This document shows positions 33,684 to 42,895 of a DNA stretch of 44,951 nucleotides, piece by piece; position 1 is the stretch's first letter, and every line of letters begins with the position of its first letter. Source of the DNA: a virus. Location of the stretch: the UHGV virus genome UHGV-0212259. One strand, 5' to 3'. A model generated the notes under the pieces. The model made no database searches. It was given only the letters and a program-made list of their open reading frames with translations, and had not been told where the DNA came from. Position numbers and translations under genes: made by a program.

Positions 33684-34195
33684 GTGGTCAACAGGCCGCG
33701 TAATAACGGTATCTCTTTAGGTGTCATCAGTATACCAGTGCTTCGTTGGTTCAGCATAGGTGTACCGACATCCGCAGAGAACTCACCCTTCTCTTGGTTT
33801 ATAGCCTGCAACTCATACACGACAGGGCCGTCAGCTGGATAAGACAGGTCTGTGCTGACGTAACGGCGAAAAATAAACTTCGGCAACTCGGTGTTACTCA
33901 TCGGGATTTTATCCATCTCATCATCCAGTTGATTGAGAATATCAGGTAGAGTAAACGTCGTCGTCTGGTCCATATCACTATTGTTCGAAGCACCCGACGC
34001 TTCCATCGGGGTTGGTTCGAACGTGATTGTTTCTCCTGTCTCCAGCGTTGCTGTAAGCTCCTGCAACCCGCGCACAAGATAGTACGTCTTTGACAGCAAC
34101 GGGTGGCTGATTTGCAACGTGATGTAGTCCATCTCGCCGTCGGGGTTTGAGGCCAGCTTACGGCGATAGGCTGCTTCTACTGATTCCTGACTCAT
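33680..34195 (-). CDS. Minor tail protein
   Basis: 171 aa between distal tail protein and K-like gene. Confidence 0.45.
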   Translation of the reverse strand: MSQESVEAAYRRKLASNPDGEMDYITLQISHPLLSKTYYLVRGLQELTATLETGETITFEPTPMEASGASNNSDMDQTTTFTLPDILNQLDDEMDKIPMSNTELPKFIFRRYVSTDLSYPADGPVVYELQAINQEKGEFSADVGTPMLNQRSTGILMTPKEIPLLRGLLTT

Positions 34196-34198
34196 AAA

Positions 34199-35596
34199 TT
34201 AACCGCCCACATTAAAGTCGATACGAGTGATGTATTTACTGCCCCACGAAGAATCCGCTTGGGGGATGGCGGCATAACCGTCAACAGCCTGAACGTTTAC
34301 CACAGAGCCGTCGGAATAGGTTATGTCGATGCTTATTGCGCCGTTCATTACTACTTTTGCCGATGCCGCTTGGCGGGTTACAGCAGAAGAATTGGTTATT
34401 ATTGGCGAAGTAGCAAATTCTGATTTTTCTATTTGCATCGCACATACTAATACCCCGCTAACACCGTCACCCGCAAACGACGCAGCCTGGGCATTGTCGT
34501 ACACCCACGATGCTAACAGTAGAGAAGAAGCCCCTCCTTGACGTATCTCCACTTGCTCGGTAAATCTGTACCAACCACCGCCACAGTTAATTATAGTACT
34601 ATTAGCGGCTCCAGAGGATATAGTTCCGTCCTGCAGATTAGCACGACAATCAGAGATAAACCCCACATTATCAGCAGCGCGAAGTCTTGCATAATTATAA
34701 CCATAGGCCTTAGCCACGTAACTGAGGGTGTATATATCTCCTTCCGCAAAAGCGGAAGACACTGATTGCTGTGTGATATGGTTGCCGTTCGTCGTGGTCG
34801 GGGTTAGCGAGAACGTACCGCCGTTTAGAATTACATCTACTGCATCTGACACCGTTGTGTTAGTTTTTGACCACGATGCGTCAGATAATTTCGACGATTT
34901 AATCAGAATATTGCTGGATGCGGATTCCGGCGGCACACGCCCGACAGCAACCCCGTCAACAAACGTAAGAGGCCATTCATTGGCGGCGGACCGCACAAGA
35001 TTACCGTTGCGGTTGATATAGTAAACCTGTGGCCCATCATACACAATGCGGCTATCAAGAGTCGATGCCAGAAGGTTAATCGGCGGGTATCCTGCAGGCC
35101 CTTCATTGCTCCAGATACGCGGGAACGTCGTCTCATAGTTAGCGTATATTTTCAGGAAACTACCCAGGCAGTCACCATAGCAGCCGTACAAATCTGGCAG
35201 ATTGTTAATCAGGCACTGGTTCTCAAGGTCCTGGAACGGTGATTTCTCGGCGGTTGCCGTGAAAGTAATCGTCCAGTTAATGCCGTCTTCGGTGGACTCC
35301 GCGATGGTGGACGTGATTGTTACCTGATAATCCTCGATACCCATGCCGAAGTCGTGCGCCATCCAGAAACTTGACGCACCGCCATCGACTTTCTCAAGGA
35401 ACGACAAAAACGCCTGGCGCCCCATTGCGGATGTAATCAGGGTTACGCTCACCGGAAACACGTCGTAATACGTGTCACGGCCCTGACGTACGCCGCCGGC
35501 CGCTAAATCTACACTCCAGACGTTGTTACGTCTGGTCATCGAGTAACCTTTCGACACAATAGGCTTAAGGCTACGTGGGAAATATAAGTCGGTCAT
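34199..35596 (-). CDS. Distal tail protein (putative)
   Basis: 465 aa immediately downstream of tape measure gene (start/stop overlap). Confidence 0.45.
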   Translation of the reverse strand: MTDLYFPRSLKPIVSKGYSMTRRNNVWSVDLAAGGVRQGRDTYYDVFPVSVTLITSAMGRQAFLSFLEKVDGGASSFWMAHDFGMGIEDYQVTITSTIAESTEDGINWTITFTATAEKSPFQDLENQCLINNLPDLYGCYGDCLGSFLKIYANYETTFPRIWSNEGPAGYPPINLLASTLDSRIVYDGPQVYYINRNGNLVRSAANEWPLTFVDGVAVGRVPPESASSNILIKSSKLSDASWSKTNTTVSDAVDVILNGGTFSLTPTTTNGNHITQQSVSSAFAEGDIYTLSYVAKAYGYNYARLRAADNVGFISDCRANLQDGTISSGAANSTIINCGGGWYRFTEQVEIRQGGASSLLLASWVYDNAQAASFAGDGVSGVLVCAMQIEKSEFATSPIITNSSAVTRQAASAKVVMNGAISIDITYSDGSVVNVQAVDGYAAIPQADSSWGSKYITRIDFNVGG

Positions 35597-37938
35597 TATT
35601 TGAACCCCGGCGCGTTTCTTGTGGCCTTTCTGGCCTTGCTAATCTTACTGTTGCTGTTCAGCAAAGATGCGGCAACTTGCTCCTCGATGATGATACGCAA
35701 ACGGCCTTCATCATCTTGCTCGGTGGATACGTTGCCGATTTGAGAACTCGTGTTGTTTACGATAGTAACATTAGACGGGCCGGAAGAAGACCCGTTTTGC
35801 CCCATAATTTCTTTCATCTGCTGTGCGGTGCGAACACGCGATGCCCCCGCTGGCATGATAACTTCCGGCTTACCGCGTTCGGCGATGGTGGAAGCCTGCC
35901 CAGCGGATAACTGGCCGCCCTGTTCACGCGCGGACCTGATGGCGGAAATCTGCGCCATACCCGCCCCAACAGCAGCAGCAGCGGCTACAGGGGCCAGGAA
36001 CGGGCCAACTACAGGGATAGCCGCCGTGGACTTGTACGCCTCAATAGCCGCGGTGTATGTGGCGATAGTGGCCTGTACGATAGCGAATGCCTTATACGCA
36101 CCAGAAGCCTCACCCAAAGCCGAACCGATGTTTGAAGCCATGTTACCGAAGGCGGTTGCCGTTGCGTCAGCACGCTTGGTTGCGTATTGCTCGTTGATGG
36201 CGTTAAGCGCGGCCTGATACTGCTTCTCACTAATAAGCCCTTGCTCACGGTACTTATCTGCGACCGCCAGTTTCTGCTGCTCCTGGATGTCGAGAAGATC
36301 AAGCTCAGTAGCGTTCTGGCCAATAATCTGAGCCATGAAGTCGTCGCCTTTCTGCTTTTTCTCCTGCCGTTCTTTCTCGCGCTTATCCAATTCTTGCTGC
36401 CGTGCGGTATCCGCCTCCAGCATAATCTGAGTTTTGGCGTTCTCGTATTGTTGGTCGCTAAGAAGCCTATTGCCATAGAACTCCTGTAGCTTGGTTAGCT
36501 GCTGTTCCTGGTTGGCTTCTATTTTCTGGAATACGTCATCATTGAGATGAATCGACTGGTAGTAGAAATCCTCAGCAGCTTTCTTCTGGCGCTCGAACGC
36601 ATCCGCGGCTTTCTTAGCGGCTTTTGCACCAGCGCTATCATCTTCGGATCCGCCACCAGTACCCGTTACCTTAAATTTACTAAGCCCTTCTTCCTTAGCA
36701 GCCTCTTTGTCGATGTCATACGCCGCGCGTTTAAGCGCGACGATATTTTGCTGAGCCTCCACCTGTTCACGGAAACTTTTACGGGTCAGGTCAGCAACAT
36801 CGCGCTGAGTATCCAGTGCCATCCCCAGCTGGAAGTTGATATTTTTTGCTACGTCTACAGATTCACCTGGTGTGAAGGCCGCTTTCACTAGTCGCCCAGC
36901 GTCCTGTGCCCCTTTAACCATATCCTCAAAGAAGCGCTCCATAGCGGTGAATTCTTCTGCGATGAAATCGAGAGCATCGGCGGCGGATTCCGCTATGGTT
37001 GTCGCCGTTTGTTCGCCGCTGTCAGTGATACTTTTACTGCTAAAATCCCAAAGTTCATTCAGTCCGTTTATCGCATCGCCTACGAAGCCGAACGCGGCGT
37101 CAAACGACGTCTCTATGGCGCTGCCTACTTCTGACGCGATGTCGCCCCACATACGCATCTCAGCAGCAAGCTCCCCAGATGCAACCTGTGCATTAAGCTC
37201 CTGGATTAAGTCATCTATGTATCTGATAGGTTCGGCTAGGGCGCCAACATCAAGACTGGTGGCCAGTGTCATTTTTAACTGCGACCATGAGTCGCTGGCA
37301 CTGGCTATAGCGCCGTTGAGTGTGTTGGCCTGGTCCGCCATAGCACCCGCAAAGTTTACGTTACCAATGTTAAGAAGGTACTGCTCGATATCAGCAGCGC
37401 TCTTCTTAACTACCGTAGTGGTGCCCTGGAATGTAAATTCAACATCGTTTTTGTTCTGCTTGGCCTTGATGCCGAACTCTTTAAGGCGCTCAAATTCAAA
37501 TGTACTGGCGTCCGCAACGGCCTCAATCATCTGATTCAGGTCTTTACCCATAGCGGCGGCGGTGTTGCCGTAGGAGCGCAACGCTTCTTCTGATGGGGTG
37601 AGGCCGAGCGCCACAAGTTTACGGAAACCCTCTACTGCCTGCTCGAGCCCGTAAGGAGTGTCGCGCGCGAAGTCTTGCAGGATGCTTAATGCCTGTCTTG
37701 CGCCCTGTGTGCTCCCGGTTAACGTTTTCAGGCTGGCGGACATCTTGTCCAGTTGCCGTTGGGAGTCCACCAGTTCCTGCGCGGCCTTGTAAGCGGTAGC
37801 GGCGACAATTGAAGCAAGGCCCGCTACGGCGGTCCCCGCTACTTTTGCCGACTTGGAGAGATTATCAAGACGGTCCGATGTAGCTTTCGCGCCTTGCTCC
37901 GATACTTTTACAACTAAACTAGCTACATCAGCCATCAT
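35596..37938 (-). CDS. Tail tape measure protein
   Basis: 780 aa; Ala/Gln/Glu-rich coiled-coil; C-terminal Gly/Ala-rich hydrophobic region; follows G/T chaperone pair. Confidence 0.85.
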   Translation of the reverse strand: MMADVASLVVKVSEQGAKATSDRLDNLSKSAKVAGTAVAGLASIVAATAYKAAQELVDSQRQLDKMSASLKTLTGSTQGARQALSILQDFARDTPYGLEQAVEGFRKLVALGLTPSEEALRSYGNTAAAMGKDLNQMIEAVADASTFEFERLKEFGIKAKQNKNDVEFTFQGTTTVVKKSAADIEQYLLNIGNVNFAGAMADQANTLNGAIASASDSWSQLKMTLATSLDVGALAEPIRYIDDLIQELNAQVASGELAAEMRMWGDIASEVGSAIETSFDAAFGFVGDAINGLNELWDFSSKSITDSGEQTATTIAESAADALDFIAEEFTAMERFFEDMVKGAQDAGRLVKAAFTPGESVDVAKNINFQLGMALDTQRDVADLTRKSFREQVEAQQNIVALKRAAYDIDKEAAKEEGLSKFKVTGTGGGSEDDSAGAKAAKKAADAFERQKKAAEDFYYQSIHLNDDVFQKIEANQEQQLTKLQEFYGNRLLSDQQYENAKTQIMLEADTARQQELDKREKERQEKKQKGDDFMAQIIGQNATELDLLDIQEQQKLAVADKYREQGLISEKQYQAALNAINEQYATKRADATATAFGNMASNIGSALGEASGAYKAFAIVQATIATYTAAIEAYKSTAAIPVVGPFLAPVAAAAAVGAGMAQISAIRSAREQGGQLSAGQASTIAERGKPEVIMPAGASRVRTAQQMKEIMGQNGSSSGPSNVTIVNNTSSQIGNVSTEQDDEGRLRIIIEEQVAASLLNSNSKISKARKATRNAPGFK

Positions 37939-38287
37939 TTCTACCCTCGAAAATAGCGTCTAAGCTCATGATGATGTCAGATTCAAACATGCCTATATTC
38001 TGGCCTGAAACGGTGCTGTACGCCACTAAATCCGACCATCTTAACTGTTCACGCGGGTACATCTTGATGCCATCATCGTCCACTCGGCGGGTGAATTTGA
38101 TTTCCCGGTACTTCTCGAAGGTGGTTAGTAGCTCAGGGGGGCATTCTGGCCCGGTGTCCTGCGTTGCTTCCGGCGCGTCTTGCATAACCCCCATAGCAAT
38201 TAGCGCGGCTTTATGCCCGTCGGAGATACTGTCAAACTCCCGCCGTTTGTGGCGAGTTATGAAGTTCCAACGGGCAAACTGGAGCAA
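37928..38287 (-). CDS. Tail assembly chaperone, T-like extension (expressed as G-T fusion by -1 frameshift)
   Basis: ORF in -1 frame relative to G, open from 38320 through the G stop codon. Confidence 0.5.
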   Translation of the reverse strand: MLQFARWNFITRHKRREFDSISDGHKAALIAMGVMQDAPEATQDTGPECPPELLTTFEKYREIKFTRRVDDDGIKMYPREQLRWSDLVAYSTVSGQNIGMFESDIIMSLDAIFEGRNDG

Positions 38288-38292
38288 CGCGT

Positions 38293-38709
38293 CTACTTTT
38301 CCTGCAATTGGTGTAGCTGTTCATTGTGGAAAACAACAACGTGTTCAGCGAGGCGTTTATATTGTGAGAAAAGGGTATTCAGGTTCTCTTTATTAAATTC
38401 ATCGTCGAGACTCCAACCGTTAACTAGTTCAAGTGCTAACTGGCGGTTAAGGTCCGTCGCGGCGTCTTCCATCTTAATATTGTATTCCGAGAAATCTTTC
38501 AGTTCCTCGCATTTATCACGAAGCGGTTTCAATTTACCTAATGCCGCGCGGTACGCAAGTGTAAACGCCCTCATAGCTTTAACAGCAACGTCTGCCTCCG
38601 GTGAAACAACGTTAAGCCACTCCCCTGAATCGGTGCCGTCTTTCAGTGGGATCGGCATACGGGCGCCTTTTTCCGCCTCAGCTTCGTAATAAAAATCGGA
38701 AAGTTTCAT
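38293..38709 (-). CDS. Tail assembly chaperone (G-like)
   Basis: 138 aa acidic protein immediately upstream of tape measure gene; ends QLQEK at the putative slippery site. Confidence 0.55.
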   Translation of the reverse strand: MKLSDFYYEAEAEKGARMPIPLKDGTDSGEWLNVVSPEADVAVKAMRAFTLAYRAALGKLKPLRDKCEELKDFSEYNIKMEDAATDLNRQLALELVNGWSLDDEFNKENLNTLFSQYKRLAEHVVVFHNEQLHQLQEK

Positions 38710-38816
38710 TCTTTAATCCTTTGGTTAAGAGGTTACTGGTTAAGGTGAATGCGCCAGGCGGGAACCACCCGCTTTTCGTGTGCGACACTAGGCGCAAACT
38801 TATTCTAGCACACTAC

Positions 38817-38848
38817 TTGCAGGCCCCAATATAATAGGGTACTATTCA
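38817..38848 (+). promoter_or_regulatory. Promoter with overlapping operator (type A), third identical copy
   Basis: TTGCAG-GCCCCAA-TATAAT (38830..38835) overlapping TAATAGGGTACTATTCA. Confidence 0.55.
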
Positions 38849-38875
38849 CTTACACCAACAACGAAGGGGTTTAAA

Positions 38876-39067
38876 ATGTCAAGTTTACCAGTTTCCTTAA
38901 TTCTGTTTGCACTGCTCGTCTATTTCGCACCTTTCCTGGTTGCGTACTTCCGTAACCATAAAGCGAAGTTAGCGATATTCATGGCTAATCTGTTTCTTGG
39001 CTGGGTTCTTCTACCGTGGGTATTTATTTTAATCTGGGCTTGCAACTCGAACGTTAAAGAGAAGTGA
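38876..39067 (+). CDS. Small membrane protein (2 TM)
   Basis: 63 aa; two hydrophobic helices (LILFALLVYFAPFLVAYF, LFLGWVLLPWVFILIWA). Confidence 0.45.
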   Translation: MSSLPVSLILFALLVYFAPFLVAYFRNHKAKLAIFMANLFLGWVLLPWVFILIWACNSNVKEK

Positions 39068-39105
39068 GCTAGTATAGGACAAATCCTAAACACGAGGAAG
39101 TAAGC

Positions 39106-40236
39106 ATGGCCCGGAAGAAAATAACCGACGAACAGTTACAGGAAGAATTGAACGCCGGTATGAAGAATATCGACATCGCCCGTAAATACGGCATCTCAGA
39201 CCGCGTTATTCGCATCCGTAAAGCGAAGCTGGCTAAGAAAGGCGTAGGCCACGGGCGGGACGTTAGCCACCTTGTGCCAGATGGCTACAAGATTAAAGGA
39301 ACATCGTCACTTGTGGACGAGTTAGGCAACACTAAACTGCAATGGGTTAAGACCGACACCGATGCGGAACGTCAGGTCGAGTTAATGAAGGCCGTAATCG
39401 AGGGCATGAAGTCGGAGATTACCCCCGTTGCTCCTGTTAAAGCCGTTCGCACCAAACGAGACGACAAGCTACTCAACCTTTACACTGTGTCTGATTTCCA
39501 TCTCGGTATGCTGGCCTGGGCCGACGAGAGTGGCGACGACTGGGATATGAAGATTGCAGAAGACCTGTTCTCCCGTTGGTTCGATGCGGCATTCCAGAAA
39601 GCACCGGATGCGGGGACTGGGGTTATTAACCTGCTGGGCGACTTCGCGCACTTCGATAGTCTGGTTGCCGTTACACCTGCAAGCGGTCACGCCCTTGACG
39701 CCGACACCCGTTACCAGAAACTTGTCCGCTACATGATTCGCATGGTCCGCCGTGTTGTCGATATGGCGCGGGTTAAGCATAAAAATGTTCGCTTGCTTAT
39801 CGTGCAAGGGAATCACGACGAAAGTGGCATGATTTGGTTGGCTGAGATGTTCAGTACGCTGTATGACAATGAGCCTCGTGTGCTCGTCGATACGTCACCG
39901 GATGTTTACAAGATGGTGCAACACGGCAAAACGACGCTGTTCTTCCATCACGGGCATAAAGCACGATTCGACGCTATTGAACCGGTTATGATTGCCAAGT
40001 TCCGTAAAGCGTTCGGCGAGAGTGTTTACAGCTACGCCCACGTAGGCCATCTGCACCACCAGAAGATTGTAGAAAGCCGTAACATGATTGTTGAGCAACA
40101 CCGCACCTTAGCGGCTAAAGACGCCTACGCCTCTCGCGGCGGATGGATGTCAGGTCGTAGTGCAAATGTAATTACTTATAGCGCCGAATATGGCGAGGTC
40201 GCACGTTTAACTATTTCACCGGAGATGCTGGGATGA
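39106..40236 (+). CDS. Calcineurin-like metallophosphoesterase with N-terminal HTH-like domain
   Basis: 376 aa; ordered motifs DFH, GDFAHFD, GNHDE, HHGH, GHLHH; N-terminal NIDIARKYGISDRVIRIRKAKL resembles an HTH. Confidence 0.65.
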   Translation: MARKKITDEQLQEELNAGMKNIDIARKYGISDRVIRIRKAKLAKKGVGHGRDVSHLVPDGYKIKGTSSLVDELGNTKLQWVKTDTDAERQVELMKAVIEGMKSEITPVAPVKAVRTKRDDKLLNLYTVSDFHLGMLAWADESGDDWDMKIAEDLFSRWFDAAFQKAPDAGTGVINLLGDFAHFDSLVAVTPASGHALDADTRYQKLVRYMIRMVRRVVDMARVKHKNVRLLIVQGNHDESGMIWLAEMFSTLYDNEPRVLVDTSPDVYKMVQHGKTTLFFHHGHKARFDAIEPVMIAKFRKAFGESVYSYAHVGHLHHQKIVESRNMIVEQHRTLAAKDAYASRGGWMSGRSANVITYSAEYGEVARLTISPEMLG

Positions 40237-40718
40237 AAGATATTGTGATTTTCGATTTAGACGGGACATTGGCGGATGGTACTCATCGTTTACACCTGCT
40301 GCCGAAAGATAACTACAACGAAACATGGGCGTGGAAACCCTTTAACATGGCGTGCAAAGATGATGCGCCGATTAAAGATAACATCGAACTATGTAACGCC
40401 CTTAATCGTCGCTATGCCGTTATCATTTTAACCGGCCGCAGTGATGACGCAGAAAAAGAAACCAGAATGTGGTTGCAGCGCCACCGCGTCGAATTTTACC
40501 AGTTAATCATGCGCAGCAAACACGACAACAGAAAAGACATCGTAATTAAAGAAGAGGTGTTACGTGCTATCGGGCTGGAAAGAATATTGTGCGCATTCGA
40601 CGACTCTCCCGCGGTAATAAAGCATTTCCGCAGCCTCGGCTTAACCACCCACGCGGTTACCGAATACGACTGTAACGGTGGCTCTGCACACTTAAAATCA
40701 CACGGGAGCGATAAGTAA
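40233..40718 (+). CDS. HAD-superfamily phosphatase (polynucleotide 3'-phosphatase / nucleotidase-like)
   Basis: 161 aa; motif I FDLDGTL at residues 7-13, motif II ILTGR, conserved Lys in NRKDIVIKEE, motif IV CAFDD; resembles phosphatase domain of T4 polynucleotide kinase (from memory). Confidence 0.6.
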   Translation: MKDIVIFDLDGTLADGTHRLHLLPKDNYNETWAWKPFNMACKDDAPIKDNIELCNALNRRYAVIILTGRSDDAEKETRMWLQRHRVEFYQLIMRSKHDNRKDIVIKEEVLRAIGLERILCAFDDSPAVIKHFRSLGLTTHAVTEYDCNGGSAHLKSHGSDK

Positions 40719-41272
40719 TGGCTAAGGTAATTATTCTTAATGGTCCGGCGGGTTGCGGGAAAGACACACTTGCTATGGCGCTGGTAGAAATGGGCTTTGC
40801 GAAAGGAACTACCAGTTTCAAGAATCCAATGTTCGATATTGCTTTGGCAGCGTTAGGCCCGGATGCTTACCGCGAATTTCTCGACGGCTACGACGACCGG
40901 GCACGGAAAGAAAAGCCAGAGGGTTTTCTTAATGGGTTGTCCCGTCGTCAGTTCATGATTGCCGTTTCTGAGCAATTCATTAAACCGGTATTCGGTGATG
41001 ATTATTTCGGTAAGTATCTTGCTGAAAACTTGCCAGACGGCAACGAAGTTTTTGTAGTGTCCGACGGTGGATTCGCCAGTGAAGTTGCCCCTATCGTCGC
41101 CGCGGGGCATGACGTGCGAATCGTTCGCCTCCATCGTGACGGCTATACATTTGAGGGGGACAGCCGTGGTTATCTGTATGGCGTTGATGGTGTAAAAGAT
41201 TACGATACCTACATCATACCAGGTGATGTTAAATCGAACGTTATAGACATTGCTTTAAAATTAGGTTTGTAA
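40718..41272 (+). CDS. P-loop nucleotide kinase, dNMP kinase-like
   Basis: 184 aa; Walker A GPAGCGKDT at residues 9-17; overall pattern resembles T4 gene 1 dNMP kinase (from memory). Confidence 0.55.
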   Translation: MAKVIILNGPAGCGKDTLAMALVEMGFAKGTTSFKNPMFDIALAALGPDAYREFLDGYDDRARKEKPEGFLNGLSRRQFMIAVSEQFIKPVFGDDYFGKYLAENLPDGNEVFVVSDGGFASEVAPIVAAGHDVRIVRLHRDGYTFEGDSRGYLYGVDGVKDYDTYIIPGDVKSNVIDIALKLGL

Positions 41273-41302
41273 GAAAAAGGCCCCTAACGGGGCCTTAGTT
41301 TT
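41272..41302. terminator. Bidirectional rho-independent terminator
   Basis: A-run, hairpin AGGCCCC-taac-GGGGCCT (41278..41295), T-rich tail; between kinase cassette and major tail gene. Confidence 0.6.
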
Positions 41303-42482
41303 ATGCGTAACTAATACGTTGAATTACGATAGACGACTGATACTGGTTGCCGGTAGCCTGGCCTTCAATGGACTGAGTGATTGACTCGGGTCCGCCAATC
41401 TCTGGTGTGACCGCCGTAAGCTCTGCGCGTTTTAAACTGAAAGACATAGCCCCGTTTACCCCCGCCAGAATAGAGTTAATCTCTACCTGCTGCTCGTTGA
41501 TAAACTTCTGAATCATCGCCATGTCGTACAGCTTGCCGGAGATGGAGAAGGTGTTAGCTGCGCGACCACGTTCCACGAACGCAACGCTACTGTTGCCGAG
41601 TTCAAACTGAGCAGATGCGCCGTTGTCGTTGGTGATGGTCAGAGTATCGCAACGCAACGGCGTAGAACCGTCGAACACGGACACATCTACAGAAGAGAAC
41701 GGCTCGTCACCAAACGTAACAGAGGAGAAATTAGAACCGGTCGGCGGCGTAGTGAGAATCTCCTGACTGCGACCGATGAATGGGAAGCTGCCAGTTACCA
41801 TCGCGTTAACAGCCTGTTCGATGGTAAAACCAGAAACTTCCACGCCTTTGGTTAACGTGTACGCGTCAGTACCGCCGCACTGGCCTTTGTACCAGGTAAG
41901 GATAGAGAACGTCTTACACGTCTTACACGTGTTACCGGTTTCCAGCGTGTCGCCGGTTTTAGCCTTACTAGTTTTTGTCTCGGTGGTCAGGGTGTGTTGG
42001 ATGCCCGCACCAGTAACAACCTTAGCCTTTACTGCAGTAACAATAAATGGTTTTGCGTTATCGCCTGTTAAATCGGTAAATGCAATCAGGTCGCCTACCC
42101 CAACTCCGTCAGCGATAAAACTGCCGGTAGCGCGTGTGAACGTCTTGCCCGCGGGTGCGACGGTAATCGACAGACTGGACAGGGAAACACCGGATTGCCA
42201 CGTAGAGCCTAAAGCACCAGCTAGCCAGTCATCCTGGCTTTTCGAGCTAAGCTCGATCGCGTATTCACCGCTAACCTGTTTGTTACCGGTGCGGATGGAT
42301 GTAGTTTCACGGCTGCCGTCCAGTTCGTTGGAAGTCAGCGCATCGCGGGTTACGGCAGGAACGCCACCAGTGTTACGCAACGGAGACCAGACCGGGTTAC
42401 TTGGTGTTACGCCCGGGGTCACTTCTGCCACATAGAATTGCGCGGTATTCGCGCCCTTAAAAGGAGTTGTAGCCATATTCAC
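41301..42482 (-). CDS. Major tail (tube) protein
   Basis: 393 aa immediately upstream (in transcription order) of G/T chaperones and tape measure, interrupted only by the plus-strand cassette. Confidence 0.6.
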   Translation of the reverse strand: MNMATTPFKGANTAQFYVAEVTPGVTPSNPVWSPLRNTGGVPAVTRDALTSNELDGSRETTSIRTGNKQVSGEYAIELSSKSQDDWLAGALGSTWQSGVSLSSLSITVAPAGKTFTRATGSFIADGVGVGDLIAFTDLTGDNAKPFIVTAVKAKVVTGAGIQHTLTTETKTSKAKTGDTLETGNTCKTCKTFSILTWYKGQCGGTDAYTLTKGVEVSGFTIEQAVNAMVTGSFPFIGRSQEILTTPPTGSNFSSVTFGDEPFSSVDVSVFDGSTPLRCDTLTITNDNGASAQFELGNSSVAFVERGRAANTFSISGKLYDMAMIQKFINEQQVEINSILAGVNGAMSFSLKRAELTAVTPEIGGPESITQSIEGQATGNQYQSSIVIQRISYA

Positions 42483-42895
42483 AGCCTCTTGGTGAATGCA
42501 ATAAAGTTAATTGACAATGGTCGTTTGGCCCATCCGTTTTCTACAATCAGCGGCCCCAGGCTAACCGATTGAACCTCGGCGCAGATGTCGTTACGTGAAA
42601 ATGACTTACCTGCTTTAAACGCTGTGTTAAGTAAGTCTGCCATTTTATTGATTGGCGCGCTACCTTTCACCGATGCGTAGTTAATGTCTACCTGATAAAC
42701 ACCGGCGCGTTGCTCGGTGAAGAACAAATCGGCCTGTTCCGTATCGGCAAGTAACATGTAACTCGCCAGATAGGGCGTATCGGTTGACGTCGGTGCGTCG
42801 ATGTTTTCAAGCGCGACATTGATGCCGTTGGCAGTTCCGAAGGCTACCAGCGGCACGTCAAACGCTTTTGTTAAGTCCTCAAAGTAGCCCATCAT
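42479..42895 (-). CDS. Head-tail connector / tail terminator-type protein
   Basis: 138 aa, overlapping start/stop with neighbours. Confidence 0.4.
   Translation of the reverse strand: MMGYFEDLTKAFDVPLVAFGTANGINVALENIDAPTSTDTPYLASYMLLADTEQADLFFTEQRAGVYQVDINYASVKGSAPINKMADLLNTAFKAGKSFSRNDICAEVQSVSLGPLIVENGWAKRPLSINFIAFTKRL

Noticed and set aside
35750-37534. Plus-strand ORFs (155, 100, 114, 232 aa) inside the tape measure gene
   Set aside because: Antisense shadow ORFs within a 780-aa coiled-coil gene; low-complexity Ala/Ser-rich translations.
40233-41272. HAD phosphatase plus P-loop kinase interpreted as a split T4-type polynucleotide kinase-phosphatase
   Set aside because: Only the HAD protein resembles the Pnk phosphatase domain. 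The kinase has a GKDT Walker A and later blocks more like dNMP kinase than Pnk kinase, and no RNA ligase is nearby, so a bona fide Pnk assignment is not supported; kept as hypothesis only.
41911-41928. Short tandem repeat as a CRISPR-like or iteron array
   Set aside because: Only two 9-nt copies, inside a coding region and in frame; not an array.
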